This document shows positions 36,868-47,500 of a DNA stretch of 64,000 nucleotides, piece after piece. The position numbers and the translations under genes are program-made. Location of the stretch: IMG/VR virus record IMGVR_UViG_3300002026_000017, positions 19,645-83,644 of that record; one strand, written 5' to 3'. The notes beneath the pieces were generated by a model. It did not search any database. It worked only from the letters and a program-made list of their open reading frames with translations, and was not told where the DNA came from. Position 1 is the first letter of the stretch. Each line of letters begins with the position of its first letter. The DNA is from a virus. Taxonomy: Duplodnaviria > Caudoviricetes.

Positions 36868-37821
36868 TTAATCGGTTATTTCTATTTTATAATTATATAG
36901 AGCTAAATATGTTTTATTTGTTATTTCATTTATATATTTATCCACTAATAATTTTATTTGTTTTTCTTTTTCTTCCTTATATTTAAGGAAAGCTTCTTCA
37001 ACAGTATCAAATCTACCTAATTGAATATTTTTATTGTTAATAGATAATTGTGAAATATATTTGGTTATATTTTTACCTAAATAAACTGAAACGCCTATTG
37101 GATAATCTCCTCTATTAATATCATTTGCAACTAATAATGAATTTATTTCATCTGGAACAAAACAACATGTAGCTGGACCATATATTTTATTACCTTTAAA
37201 TAAAATATCTTTATCTAAATCGAAATTTTTTATTGAATTTTCATCATACCATTTAGAAAAATCTTGATAACAATGCCATCTTTCATCAATTATACAATCT
37301 TTATATGTTTTATTATTTAATTTCCAATTTTCATCATAACATCTTTGAAACATATTTCTCCAAATTTGATAAGTTTTATATCTTGCTGTATATATTCCCT
37401 TACCAAAATATCCAATATTATAAACAACTTTTTTATAACAAAAATTATCATTTAAAACATTTCCATTTTCAATATTTTGAATCCTAACATTAGTTTTAAT
37501 ACTATTATCGGATAAAAATTTAACAGTACAATTATTTGGATTTTTATATTCCAATATTTTTAAAACATCACCACAATTTTGTAAATATTCAAAATTTAAT
37601 CTTTCTGATAATCTATTTTTATCTTTGAAATTTATTTTATCAAGTTTACCTCTTACAATATTACCCCAATTAGCATTATATCTAATTGTATTATCTGATA
37701 AAAATTTAACTGTACAACTTCTTGAATTTAAATAATCAATAATCTCTATTTTTTCACCATTTAACAATGTGAATTTTAAACCTATTCTTTCTAAAGGATT
37801 TACTTTCATAATATGAAACAT
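36868..37821 (-). CDS. Freestanding HNH/AP2-type homing endonuclease-like protein, paralog of 17108-17842
   Basis: WRNMFQRCYD...CIIDERWHCYQDFSKW...LDKDILFKGNKIYGPATCCFVP, AP2-like C-end; N-terminal IIDYLNSRSCTVKFL module duplicated. Confidence 0.75.
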   Translation of the reverse strand: MFHIMKVNPLERIGLKFTLLNGEKIEIIDYLNSRSCTVKFLSDNTIRYNANWGNIVRGKLDKINFKDKNRLSERLNFEYLQNCGDVLKILEYKNPNNCTVKFLSDNSIKTNVRIQNIENGNVLNDNFCYKKVVYNIGYFGKGIYTARYKTYQIWRNMFQRCYDENWKLNNKTYKDCIIDERWHCYQDFSKWYDENSIKNFDLDKDILFKGNKIYGPATCCFVPDEINSLLVANDINRGDYPIGVSVYLGKNITKYISQLSINNKNIQLGRFDTVEEAFLKYKEEKEKQIKLLVDKYINEITNKTYLALYNYKIEITD

Positions 37822-37884
37822 TTTTAGGATATAATTAGTTATTAACTAAAAATGTTTCATTTATAAGTTGATATAACTAATGAC

Positions 37885-38475
37885 CTAAACTTGTGTTAAT
37901 CTCGGGTCATTAGTGACGTCTGTTACGTAATCGGAATTAAATGTTATTGATAATTCAATCATATCATGTGAATCAAATGCTGCGGCTTGGTCATCAATAT
38001 CATTCATTGGAAATAAATTATGTCCAACCCTTCTCCAATAAATAGTTCCATCTCTATTAAACTTTTCAACAACTATACAAGCATTTGCATAATCTTTTTT
38101 CAAAGTTTTTTCTCCTGTTAATGGATTAAATTTAACACGACTCCAAAGTAAAAGTGTATTTAATACATAAGCAACTGAATTTGAATCTAAGAAATTATGG
38201 AATTGTACTTCTACATCATAAAATGTTTCTTTTTCATTTGAATCATATCTAAATTTTGTTGTTTTGTAACCTCCTTCAATAGTGTTTCCTGATTTTTCAA
38301 CAAATAAACCTGAAACAGATTTAACATATTCTGAAAGAAACCCTAAATCTCCAACAATATCACTTAAAGTTCCCATAGAAACAAAATGTGCGTTGAAATT
38401 ACTTGCAACAACTGGTTCATATTTTTGCACAGCCGCTGTTGATGCTGTTACGTGTGGAAATGCTATATTTGCCAT
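37885..38475 (-). CDS. gp19: Tail tube protein (gp19-like)
   Basis: 196 aa, high-expression codons, YEPVVASNFNAHF ... NLFPMND ... ELSITFNSD tube pattern; downstream of sheath. Confidence 0.8.
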   Translation of the reverse strand: MANIAFPHVTASTAAVQKYEPVVASNFNAHFVSMGTLSDIVGDLGFLSEYVKSVSGLFVEKSGNTIEGGYKTTKFRYDSNEKETFYDVEVQFHNFLDSNSVAYVLNTLLLWSRVKFNPLTGEKTLKKDYANACIVVEKFNRDGTIYWRRVGHNLFPMNDIDDQAAAFDSHDMIELSITFNSDYVTDVTNDPRLTQV

Positions 38476-38494
38476 GATTTAATATTTTTAAAAA

Positions 38495-39712
38495 TTAATA
38501 AACTGGTTGTTTTTTAAGTAATGAATTAGCTTTCTCTAAAGAACTAGTTAATTCATATGATTTAGTTATATATGTTCTTAGTATTGGTCGGATATTCATA
38601 TTAAATTCTATCGAAGAAGATTTAACAAAATTTAACATATCAACTACAGATTTTAAACCTATATTCCAAGTATTATATTTTAATTTATCATGAGAAATTA
38701 TTTGTGTTAATTGAGATAAAACATTTTTACCATAAAATCTATCAAAACTATCAACATTTTCCATATTTTCAGGCGATTTCAAATATTGTTTTTTGGTTTC
38801 TTCTTCAATTATTAAACTATTATTTATTGATGATAATATGGAAATAATCAAAGAATTAGCTGAATCTTTATATTCATTAAAAGTTTGTCTTTTAACATAT
38901 TCTAATGATGCTGAATTAGATTCAATAAATTGATTAACAATTAAAACCATATCAAACACAACTGTTTGTAAATCAGGTATTAATTGTTTTACAGAAGATA
39001 AATTTTTATTTAATGGGTCAACATTTCCTGATAACATATCATTCAATAATGCTAAGTGGAAATCATTTGAAACAGAATACATTTTTGAATTTAATTGAAT
39101 TTCCTGAATTTCAGTATCAATATAATTCATAATAGCATTATAACTATTTTGTATGTGATAAGTAACACCCCATCTTTTATTATTTTTATTAAGAATATGT
39201 TTTAATCCTTCAAACAAAATAACTGTATTTTCATTTTTTTCTGATTGTAATTCAAAAGATTCATTTATTGGATGAAAATTATTTAATTCAATTAATGGTA
39301 ATTCCAATATAGGAATTAATTTACTCTTAGCTTTTACATCATTAATTATTAAAACATTATTGATAGTATCTATTAATGAAACACTATCAATTTTTTTCTC
39401 ATTATCAAGTTCATTTAAAACAGACAAAAACTTAAAAGTTTGTTTATGTTTTTCTTCCTGATTATTTGGTGTTAATACACTTTCTTTTATTAATTCAGAT
39501 ATTTCACTTAAAAAAGTTTGTGAAGAAATAACTATTTTTTCTAGTGTTATATTATTGAAATAATCAATTATTTCTTGGTCTGATTTACCATCTAATTTAG
39601 CTGATTCATAAAGTTTACCTATAACTGTATCATTTAATCCTGTTTTAGAACAAGCCGCATTAACGACTTGTTCTTTTCCAGAAATTATATTCATTTCACT
39701 AAAATTTTTCAT
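38495..39712 (-). CDS. Hypothetical, possible internal head protein
   Basis: 405 aa; LYES, IKES, INES, LFEG motifs; between sheath and tube. Confidence 0.6.
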   Translation of the reverse strand: MKNFSEMNIISGKEQVVNAACSKTGLNDTVIGKLYESAKLDGKSDQEIIDYFNNITLEKIVISSQTFLSEISELIKESVLTPNNQEEKHKQTFKFLSVLNELDNEKKIDSVSLIDTINNVLIINDVKAKSKLIPILELPLIELNNFHPINESFELQSEKNENTVILFEGLKHILNKNNKRWGVTYHIQNSYNAIMNYIDTEIQEIQLNSKMYSVSNDFHLALLNDMLSGNVDPLNKNLSSVKQLIPDLQTVVFDMVLIVNQFIESNSASLEYVKRQTFNEYKDSANSLIISILSSINNSLIIEEETKKQYLKSPENMENVDSFDRFYGKNVLSQLTQIISHDKLKYNTWNIGLKSVVDMLNFVKSSSIEFNMNIRPILRTYITKSYELTSSLEKANSLLKKQPVY

Positions 39713-39729
39713 ATTAGTTTATTTTTTGA

Positions 39730-42087
39730 TTAATTCAAGTTTAAATCAAATACAACTTTATCAAGTGAATCAATATTCCAATATTCAATATGAATAAGTT
39801 TTATTTTTTGTTTAGATATTTCTGTTGTGTTATTTGAAGCATTACATATAACAATTGGATTTGGTTTAATAGCTCCTGATAGTGCTAATGAATCCATAAA
39901 TGATTTAACTTCAACTTCCGTTGCAAGATATTCATTATATGTGCCTTTTTTGAAAGCTTCACCTCTCGACATATTATAAAGACTTTCTTTGATATATGCA
40001 AGTAATTCCGAATTATGTATCTGTGCTAATGCTGTTCTTGTTTTTTGTCCAGTTGAATTTCCATAAATTGTAAATCCCTTTGGCATTTTAATTATTGGAT
40101 TCCATCTAAATTTTTCCATTACTAATCTTTCATTATCATCTGGATTTAAAGCTAAACCACTAACAGTATCTAAATACCCACTAGCATTAGCTACAACGTC
40201 CCAATCAAATGTTTTTTGTACAAATAAATTTGAAACATCAGCAGCTGTTGGATATTCATTATTATTTGTATCTAATTTAGAACCAAAAAAGAAACACATT
40301 TCACTACCTGAATTAAATTTTGTTAAGAAATTTGTTGAATAATTTGGATTTCCCCCTTCAACAAGATAATTCAAATCAAAAATACCTGTTGGTGATTCTT
40401 TAAATAATGGATTAATGGATTTTTCTAAATCTTCAATAAATGGTTCATTAACAAATGCTCTTACAAATTTATTTGAATCATCTAATGTTTTACATAATTG
40501 ACCAAATTGATATTTATATCCACCTTCAACAAAAGATTTAAAACAATCAACTATATATCTTATACCTGAAAAGTTTTTTAATCCCTTAACTATACCAGGT
40601 GAAACAATCATATCTAATATTTCTTTTTGTCTAACAGCTGTTCCATCTGTAAATTGGTCTGTTCTAACTTTATAGGAAAGTAATTTTGTTGGAGTAACAT
40701 AACCTGTTCTTGTTTGGTCATTAATTTTTCCATAATTTTCAACAGTTAAAACATCTGATAAATGTAAAATAACCCAAGTTAAATTAACAATACTATTCTG
40801 GTCAATATATGAATCAAAATCAACCATATCTAAATCTTGATTTTCATCATAAAAATCTACAACACTTTGTATTTTAGTGACATAAAGTGGGTTTCCAATA
40901 ACAGGTAATCCATTATCAAAAATCCTATCACCAACTCTTATACCGCTTTCAAAAACTCCTAAAACAATATTTTTTCTATTAACATCTGGGAAAAAAGAAT
41001 TAAATGTTAACATATTATTTTCAAGGAAAATAGGTGGATTTGTAAATTCAATAGATAAATCAACATTATTTGTTGGTAATATTTGTAATCTATGACTAAG
41101 TAATATACCATTGTCAGTTAAAGCACCTGTTTTTTCATAATATCCCGAATATAAATTATTTATAATTGGATAACCAGATATTTCATCTAATTCTAATAAA
41201 TCATCATTTATAGAACATATTAATCCTGTTTCAGCAAAAACATTATTAATTAATGTATCAATAGAAACTATTTCATCAAATTCATTTTTTAAATTTGGTA
41301 TCATTGAACCAGTTATTTTTCTATTGAAACCAGCTTCAGGTATAGCTGCTAAAGCTTCTAAATCAGAATATTTAATTAAACCATTTGGATTAAATAAATG
41401 ACCATAATATCTATTTGTTGAAACAGTCAAGACATCAAAAGCATTATCAAATATCCAAACATCTACAAATGTATCTTTAACAAATGTATCAGGACTTAAT
41501 GCCGGAAAATCTTCAATAACTAAATCTGTATTTAATAATGATTTATTTCCTTCAGAAGTTAAAGTAGATACATCTTTAGCTACAGTTGTAAAGAAAGAAA
41601 CATCAGAAATTCCAACATTACCAAAATTTAATAAATTTTCTTCAGGAAAATCTTTAATTATATTTTTTGGTTTTATTGTCCATAATCCATTTGTATTAAA
41701 TAAATTTGAATAAGGTATTGATTTATTTGCCTGGATAGATAAATTTGGTGACATTCCACTTATTGTAGTAATATCTTTTTCATTATCAAAAACTCTTATA
41801 TTAATAACAGCTATAGCTGATGTTGTTAAAGCATTCAAACATTCTCTAATAGAAAAATTCCCTTGTTTTTCATTTTTTCTTAATGTTTTACCAAATACAG
41901 ATTGGAAACTCATTGAATCTCCTTTTTTAAACACCACAATTGTATTAATTGGACCCTTTTCTGTATTAATAAAAAATAATCTAAGATTTGATGTTTGTTC
42001 TATTTCTGGAACTGCTGAATTATCAGTAACCATAAAATATGTTCCCGCGGCTTTTCCGGCAATTTCTCGGAGTCTAATATCCATCAT
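39730..42087 (-). CDS. gp18: Contractile tail sheath protein (gp18-like)
   Basis: AAGTYFMVTD, TEKGPINTIV N-terminus; RWNPIIK...TIYGNSTG..., ICNASNNTTEI C-terminus typical of sheath proteins. Confidence 0.88.
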   Translation of the reverse strand: MMDIRLREIAGKAAGTYFMVTDNSAVPEIEQTSNLRLFFINTEKGPINTIVVFKKGDSMSFQSVFGKTLRKNEKQGNFSIRECLNALTTSAIAVINIRVFDNEKDITTISGMSPNLSIQANKSIPYSNLFNTNGLWTIKPKNIIKDFPEENLLNFGNVGISDVSFFTTVAKDVSTLTSEGNKSLLNTDLVIEDFPALSPDTFVKDTFVDVWIFDNAFDVLTVSTNRYYGHLFNPNGLIKYSDLEALAAIPEAGFNRKITGSMIPNLKNEFDEIVSIDTLINNVFAETGLICSINDDLLELDEISGYPIINNLYSGYYEKTGALTDNGILLSHRLQILPTNNVDLSIEFTNPPIFLENNMLTFNSFFPDVNRKNIVLGVFESGIRVGDRIFDNGLPVIGNPLYVTKIQSVVDFYDENQDLDMVDFDSYIDQNSIVNLTWVILHLSDVLTVENYGKINDQTRTGYVTPTKLLSYKVRTDQFTDGTAVRQKEILDMIVSPGIVKGLKNFSGIRYIVDCFKSFVEGGYKYQFGQLCKTLDDSNKFVRAFVNEPFIEDLEKSINPLFKESPTGIFDLNYLVEGGNPNYSTNFLTKFNSGSEMCFFFGSKLDTNNNEYPTAADVSNLFVQKTFDWDVVANASGYLDTVSGLALNPDDNERLVMEKFRWNPIIKMPKGFTIYGNSTGQKTRTALAQIHNSELLAYIKESLYNMSRGEAFKKGTYNEYLATEVEVKSFMDSLALSGAIKPNPIVICNASNNTTEISKQKIKLIHIEYWNIDSLDKVVFDLNLN

Positions 42088-42135
42088 GATTTTAATTTTT
42101 TGTTGTTATTTTATATTTATTATACCAAGTATATT

Positions 42136-42792
42136 TTATTTATTTGTATATTCTTCCTTTAATTTTTTAAGCATTTCTTTTTGATTATTAAATTGAGTTG
42201 TTCCATAATTTTCAGTTATTACATCATCACTATTTGGACCATCTAATAATTCTTGATTACAAAATACTTCTGTTTTCATTTTTTTCAGAATATTAGGAAT
42301 ATTTTTATATGAATTATGTAGTTCCTTTAATAATTTGATATGTTGATTTACTAAAGTTGTATATGTTGAAATCATTGCATAATCTTCGGCTTGTACTGAA
42401 TTTACACGAAGAACAATATTATTTATCATTCCTTTATTAATTTCAACTAATGTTAATAAATCAGCTAAATTTTCAAGTTGTAATTGTCCAACTTGTTTTA
42501 TATATTTATTATGTTCATCTGTTAATTCAACATCTTTAAAATCAATAATAAATTTAGCTATTTTTTGTACGAAACTTTTAGCAAAAGCTGTATGTTTTTT
42601 CTCAGCTGTAACAATATCAATATTATTATATTCAGCAACTATAGCTAAATTATTATCTGAATTTAGATTACCATCATATTGTGTAAGTTGCAAAACTTCT
42701 TCGTAATCATCTGAATCATCATCTGAATTTTCAATTAAAATTTTATCTTCATCACTTATTATTTCTTCGAAATCATCAAAATTATTTTCCAT
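42136..42792 (-). CDS. Probable terminase small subunit (gp16-like)
   Basis: ENLADLLTLVE...YAMISTYTTLVNQHIKLLKELH helical hairpin and NNQKEMLKKLK tail resemble gp16-type proteins. Confidence 0.5.
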   Translation of the reverse strand: MENNFDDFEEIISDEDKILIENSDDDSDDYEEVLQLTQYDGNLNSDNNLAIVAEYNNIDIVTAEKKHTAFAKSFVQKIAKFIIDFKDVELTDEHNKYIKQVGQLQLENLADLLTLVEINKGMINNIVLRVNSVQAEDYAMISTYTTLVNQHIKLLKELHNSYKNIPNILKKMKTEVFCNQELLDGPNSDDVITENYGTTQFNNQKEMLKKLKEEYTNK

Positions 42793-42807
42793 TATTTTTA
42801 GTATTTT

Positions 42808-44571
42808 TTATGATTGTAAACCAAATTGATTCATTATTAAAACCGGGTTAACATTATCTGATAAAATTTTATTATCATTAATTTTTAGCAATAATTCATT
42901 TATATAAAATAATCCTCCAAACAAATAAATATTTTTTAGTTCCATTTTACTATAATTATTTATTATATTATTTGGTAAATTATTTGAATTAATTATATAT
43001 ATATTTTGATAAACAATATTTTTTTGACTATTTTTTAACATAACAATAATAACACTCAATTGTTTTAAATCATGATTATATTTAATATTTATTTGATAAT
43101 ACTCATTAAATTCAAATTTATAATCAATTTTAAAATTTTTTTGATATTTATTAAAATTAATGGATAAATTTTGTCTATTAAATTCCATTGTAAATAATAA
43201 TGGATTGAAATCAAAAATTTCTCCAGAAAATTTATTTAATAAAACAAAATTAAATGAAAATTCTAATGTATCAACTATTAATGATTTTTTATTTATCGAA
43301 ACTAAATCAATTAAATCATATGTTAACGCTATTATTCTTTTATCTACTGTTGAACAATCATACATTGTAACAGGGAAAGCATTTTCATCAGGGTTAATAG
43401 ATATTATATTTAGTCTTTTTTCATAAAACTTTCTTTGTGCATCTGTTTCCTTTAAATCAACATATCTATTAGAATCTACCAAAACATTAGTAAAATTTTG
43501 TGTAACTTCTTTTTTTTCATCAATATTTTTTTCCTGTAATTTTTCTTTAGTGATTATTTTATCTTCAAGAAATTCATTAATTTCATCTAATACTTCTATA
43601 TTTGGAAAATTTTCATCAAAATCAAAATTTTCAATTCCTGTATAAATTTCTTTTAAACTTGAAGAAATACCAATTGTTTCATCATCTTCAAATTTAGAAA
43701 GAAATACTTCCCACCAACCAATTTTCCCCATAAAACCATTTTTCGGTTGTACAGAACTAACTCTAAATAATTTATTTATTATTGGTAAAAATAAATAATC
43801 TTTTGATAGTGGAACTTTATTTTCACCAAAAGCTTGTTTAAATATTTCATCAACAACATGTAAAATAAAATCACCTTCAAGAGGCATGTCCCATTCAGAA
43901 TAAATGTTCCTATCTTGTGGTAATTCATTACCTGGAGCTAAACAATTAAATCTCTTTATAGAAACAACATTTCTTAATACATGATTTGCAAATGTATGGT
44001 TTGTTTCAATTGGTTCAGTTTTAAAATATATAACTGTATGTCCAAACATTTGTGAAATTGAAATACACTGGTCTAACCACCTACGAATATTTAATTGTTG
44101 ATTATCATAAAAACTCCATTTAGGTAATTTATTTACAATACTGTGGTAAGTTACAAGATTAAATAATTTTTCATCAAGTATATTTATAATTTCATTATTA
44201 TATGAAATTTTAGATATAATTACAAATTCTTCCTTGTTATTAATATTATTTCCAATTATATTAATTGTATTTGTTTTATGTTGGTCCTTTATTTTTTTGA
44301 AAAACCAAATACTTAAATATATATAATCAATACCATCTATTTCATTAGATTCATTTAATAAATCCCAATTTTCCTTTAATACAGGATTAGACCAATTTAT
44401 ATTATCATATGAATAAGAATATTTAATATCGAATTCTTTTAATTCTTCAAATGTAATTATAAATAAATTTATATCGAAATTTTCAAATTTATTTTTTAAA
44501 TAAAGTATTGAATTTTCATTAATATTTATAATGTCTGTATAATTATAATTGGAAACGTCTATTTTATTCAT
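42808..44571 (-). CDS. Neck protein (gp14-like) with extra domains
   Basis: ISQMFGHTVIYF...SEWDMPLEGDFILHV...VPLSKDYLFLP...KLFRVSSV match the gp14 adaptor pattern. Confidence 0.7.
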   Translation of the reverse strand: MNKIDVSNYNYTDIININENSILYLKNKFENFDINLFIITFEELKEFDIKYSYSYDNINWSNPVLKENWDLLNESNEIDGIDYIYLSIWFFKKIKDQHKTNTINIIGNNINNKEEFVIISKISYNNEIINILDEKLFNLVTYHSIVNKLPKWSFYDNQQLNIRRWLDQCISISQMFGHTVIYFKTEPIETNHTFANHVLRNVVSIKRFNCLAPGNELPQDRNIYSEWDMPLEGDFILHVVDEIFKQAFGENKVPLSKDYLFLPIINKLFRVSSVQPKNGFMGKIGWWEVFLSKFEDDETIGISSSLKEIYTGIENFDFDENFPNIEVLDEINEFLEDKIITKEKLQEKNIDEKKEVTQNFTNVLVDSNRYVDLKETDAQRKFYEKRLNIISINPDENAFPVTMYDCSTVDKRIIALTYDLIDLVSINKKSLIVDTLEFSFNFVLLNKFSGEIFDFNPLLFTMEFNRQNLSINFNKYQKNFKIDYKFEFNEYYQINIKYNHDLKQLSVIIVMLKNSQKNIVYQNIYIINSNNLPNNIINNYSKMELKNIYLFGGLFYINELLLKINDNKILSDNVNPVLIMNQFGLQS

Positions 44572-44573
44572 AA

Positions 44574-47500
44574 TTAAAATGATAATAAAAATTCATTTGA
44601 ATATGTATTTATTAATGTACCATTTAAAGCCTTAAATCTAAATAATTTATTATTATATTGATTTGTAATTGATGCTATTCCTGATTTAGTTAATTGGAAA
44701 TATTCTGAATAAACTTGTGAAGATTTGAATGTTACCCAAAGATTTGAACTATTTTTATATTGTATATCTATTAATGTTGTATTACCAATATTTGTTGTTG
44801 ATGTAAAATCAACTATTAAAGCATTAACATCTTGTAAACCATATATATTATCTATTGTTACAAATTCAGATGGTGTAATAAATAATGAATTAATTGAATA
44901 ATTCATTGTATTACTAAAATTATCTGTTGGATTACCTGTTATTATTGGGTTTCCATTTAATGCTTCAATTTTAAAACTATAATCTCCAAGTGCTGGTAAT
45001 TCAACACCAATAACATAATTTGTTACTTCACTTGGCACATAATTTTGTGATGTTCCTGTTGATAAATCTGTAACAATTACATTAAATGATGTAACAGTTA
45101 TATCTGTTTTTGTATAAGCTAATTTTGCTGATAATCCTATATTAGATATTGAATTTATATTTGCAAATGGAGCATAAACTTGTTGAATTATTGTGTTTGA
45201 ATATTCTCCTTGTGTAAATGATGAATCCCCATTAATAGCTTTTAATCTAAATTCCCAATCACCATTATTTGGTAATGTGAAAGTTATTGGTGAAATATTA
45301 ACTAAACTTATTTTTAATGTATTCCAAGTTACACCATTATCTAAACTACCTTCAACATTAATATTTGTTACTGTTGAATCTGTCAAACTAAAAACAACAC
45401 TACAAGATAAAACATTATTAATATTAATAATACTTATATTTGCAAAAGGTGGCATTACTGTTACTGGAAATATTCCTGAACCATTCCAAAATTTCATTAT
45501 ATAAATAGCTGTTATTGAACGTGGTTCAATTGAAAAACTTGTCTGTGTTCCAGTTGCTGGAGTTACATTTGTTGTTTGTGAATTATTAGGTGCTGATGAA
45601 CGTAACAATAAATTCCATGTATGTCCTAAACCATTATCCCAACCAAATGTAACAGGAGCTCCATTTAATGGGTCAATCTCTGTAAACTCATGTGTATGGG
45701 GGTCTATTGTGTGTGAATGTGGAAACATATCAGTTCCAATCAATTTATATTGGTGATTTATATTTCCTCCTATTATACCAGGTGTTAAACTACCTTTAAC
45801 AAATTTATCAATCATATTATTAGTATGTATATTTGTTCCTGGAATCATTCTACCATCACAAACAACAAAACATTTTGGTATTCCACCATTTAATTGATTT
45901 GGATTGAATAAATGATTTAATTTCATATCCCATAATATAATAGAACCAACAGGCATATTTAATCCAATCATATCATTAACTTCCTGATATGTTGGTCTAT
46001 CAAAAATTAATGAACGAATAGCTTTTAAATGTCTTACTAAATGTTCAAAATGTCTTCCGGTTAAAAAACCATATATATTTGATGGGATATTTAAAAATGG
46101 TTGCCATGGTGTTATTGTATTTCCTACTGGTTCTTTTATCCAAAAATCATCAGCTATTTCAATATCTGTTTGTCCACCAACACCTGTATTTGAAATTGGT
46201 AAATCTGTTTCAACAAAATAATCATTTAAAATTTCCGAATTTACATCTGTAACTAAAACTTTTTCAATTTTATTTTCAACAAATATTTGATTTCCATTAA
46301 TTTTTGTTATCCCACCAGTTTTACCTAATTTTGTATCATCTCCTTCAGCAAAAATATTTGGATTATTAATATCACCTACACTTATTTTTGTATCTACACG
46401 TAAAAAATTATTTAACCATAAATCAGGAATAACACCTGTAAAAAATTCTATTTTTGACCAATATTTATCTGTTACCCAAGTAATTATTGAATTTATTTTT
46501 TTAGCTAAAAAATTAATATGTTTAGCTCTTGCAATTGCATCGTTATTTAATCCAACTATATCAGATAATACAATATTTTCTGTTAATTCACTATTATTAA
46601 AATCAATTGGTTCAATATAATATTGATTTAATAATTCTCCGTTATTATCTGTAACTAAAACCTTATCAACAAATTGAATTAATTTAATTATATTTGATGA
46701 TAATATTGTTTTGGTTGCTGCTGAACCAATAGTTACATCATTTGTTAATTTATCAACTTTAAAAACTTCTATATTATTTGGTTTAAAAATAACATTACCT
46801 TTAACTATTAAATCATTTGATAAAGATAAATTTGGAATATCAAATGTATCATATTGATTTTTTCTCCAATAATTACCATATAAATCTGAATAAACTTGAT
46901 TTATTTTTCTAGCTAAATGTCCATAATATTTAGTTGTTAAAATACTTACATTACTTTCACCTAAATATGATAACATTTCCCCTTGATTTAATTCATTTAC
47001 AGGGAAATTTTGATTTTCAACATAATAATCGGTTAATATATAACCAGTTTCATCAGTAACTAAAACATTATTAGGGAAATTACTTAAATTAATTTTTTTA
47101 CTACTAATTTTTAGTTCATTAGCATTTAGGAAAGTTTTTCCCTGTAATCTATTTGTAATTATTTGTCCATTTGTTAAATTGACATCTCTATCAACTTTTA
47201 AATTATTTGATAACCACAAATCTGGAATTTCTCCTGTATTGAATTGGTTTTTTCTCCAATAATTTGTATTACAAAAATTACTAATTGCATTAATTTTTCT
47301 AGCTAAAAATCCAAAATAATATGATGTTAATATTTTATTTGGAGAATTTATTGTTAAAGCGTCAATTAATCCTAAATCAGATATATTTGAATTATTTATT
47401 GGAGTTGTTTCCAAACTATATGCTTTAGAAACAATACCATTAATATCTGTAATTAAAACATTTTCAATATAATGTTTATATTTTTCAATATCTGAAACAT

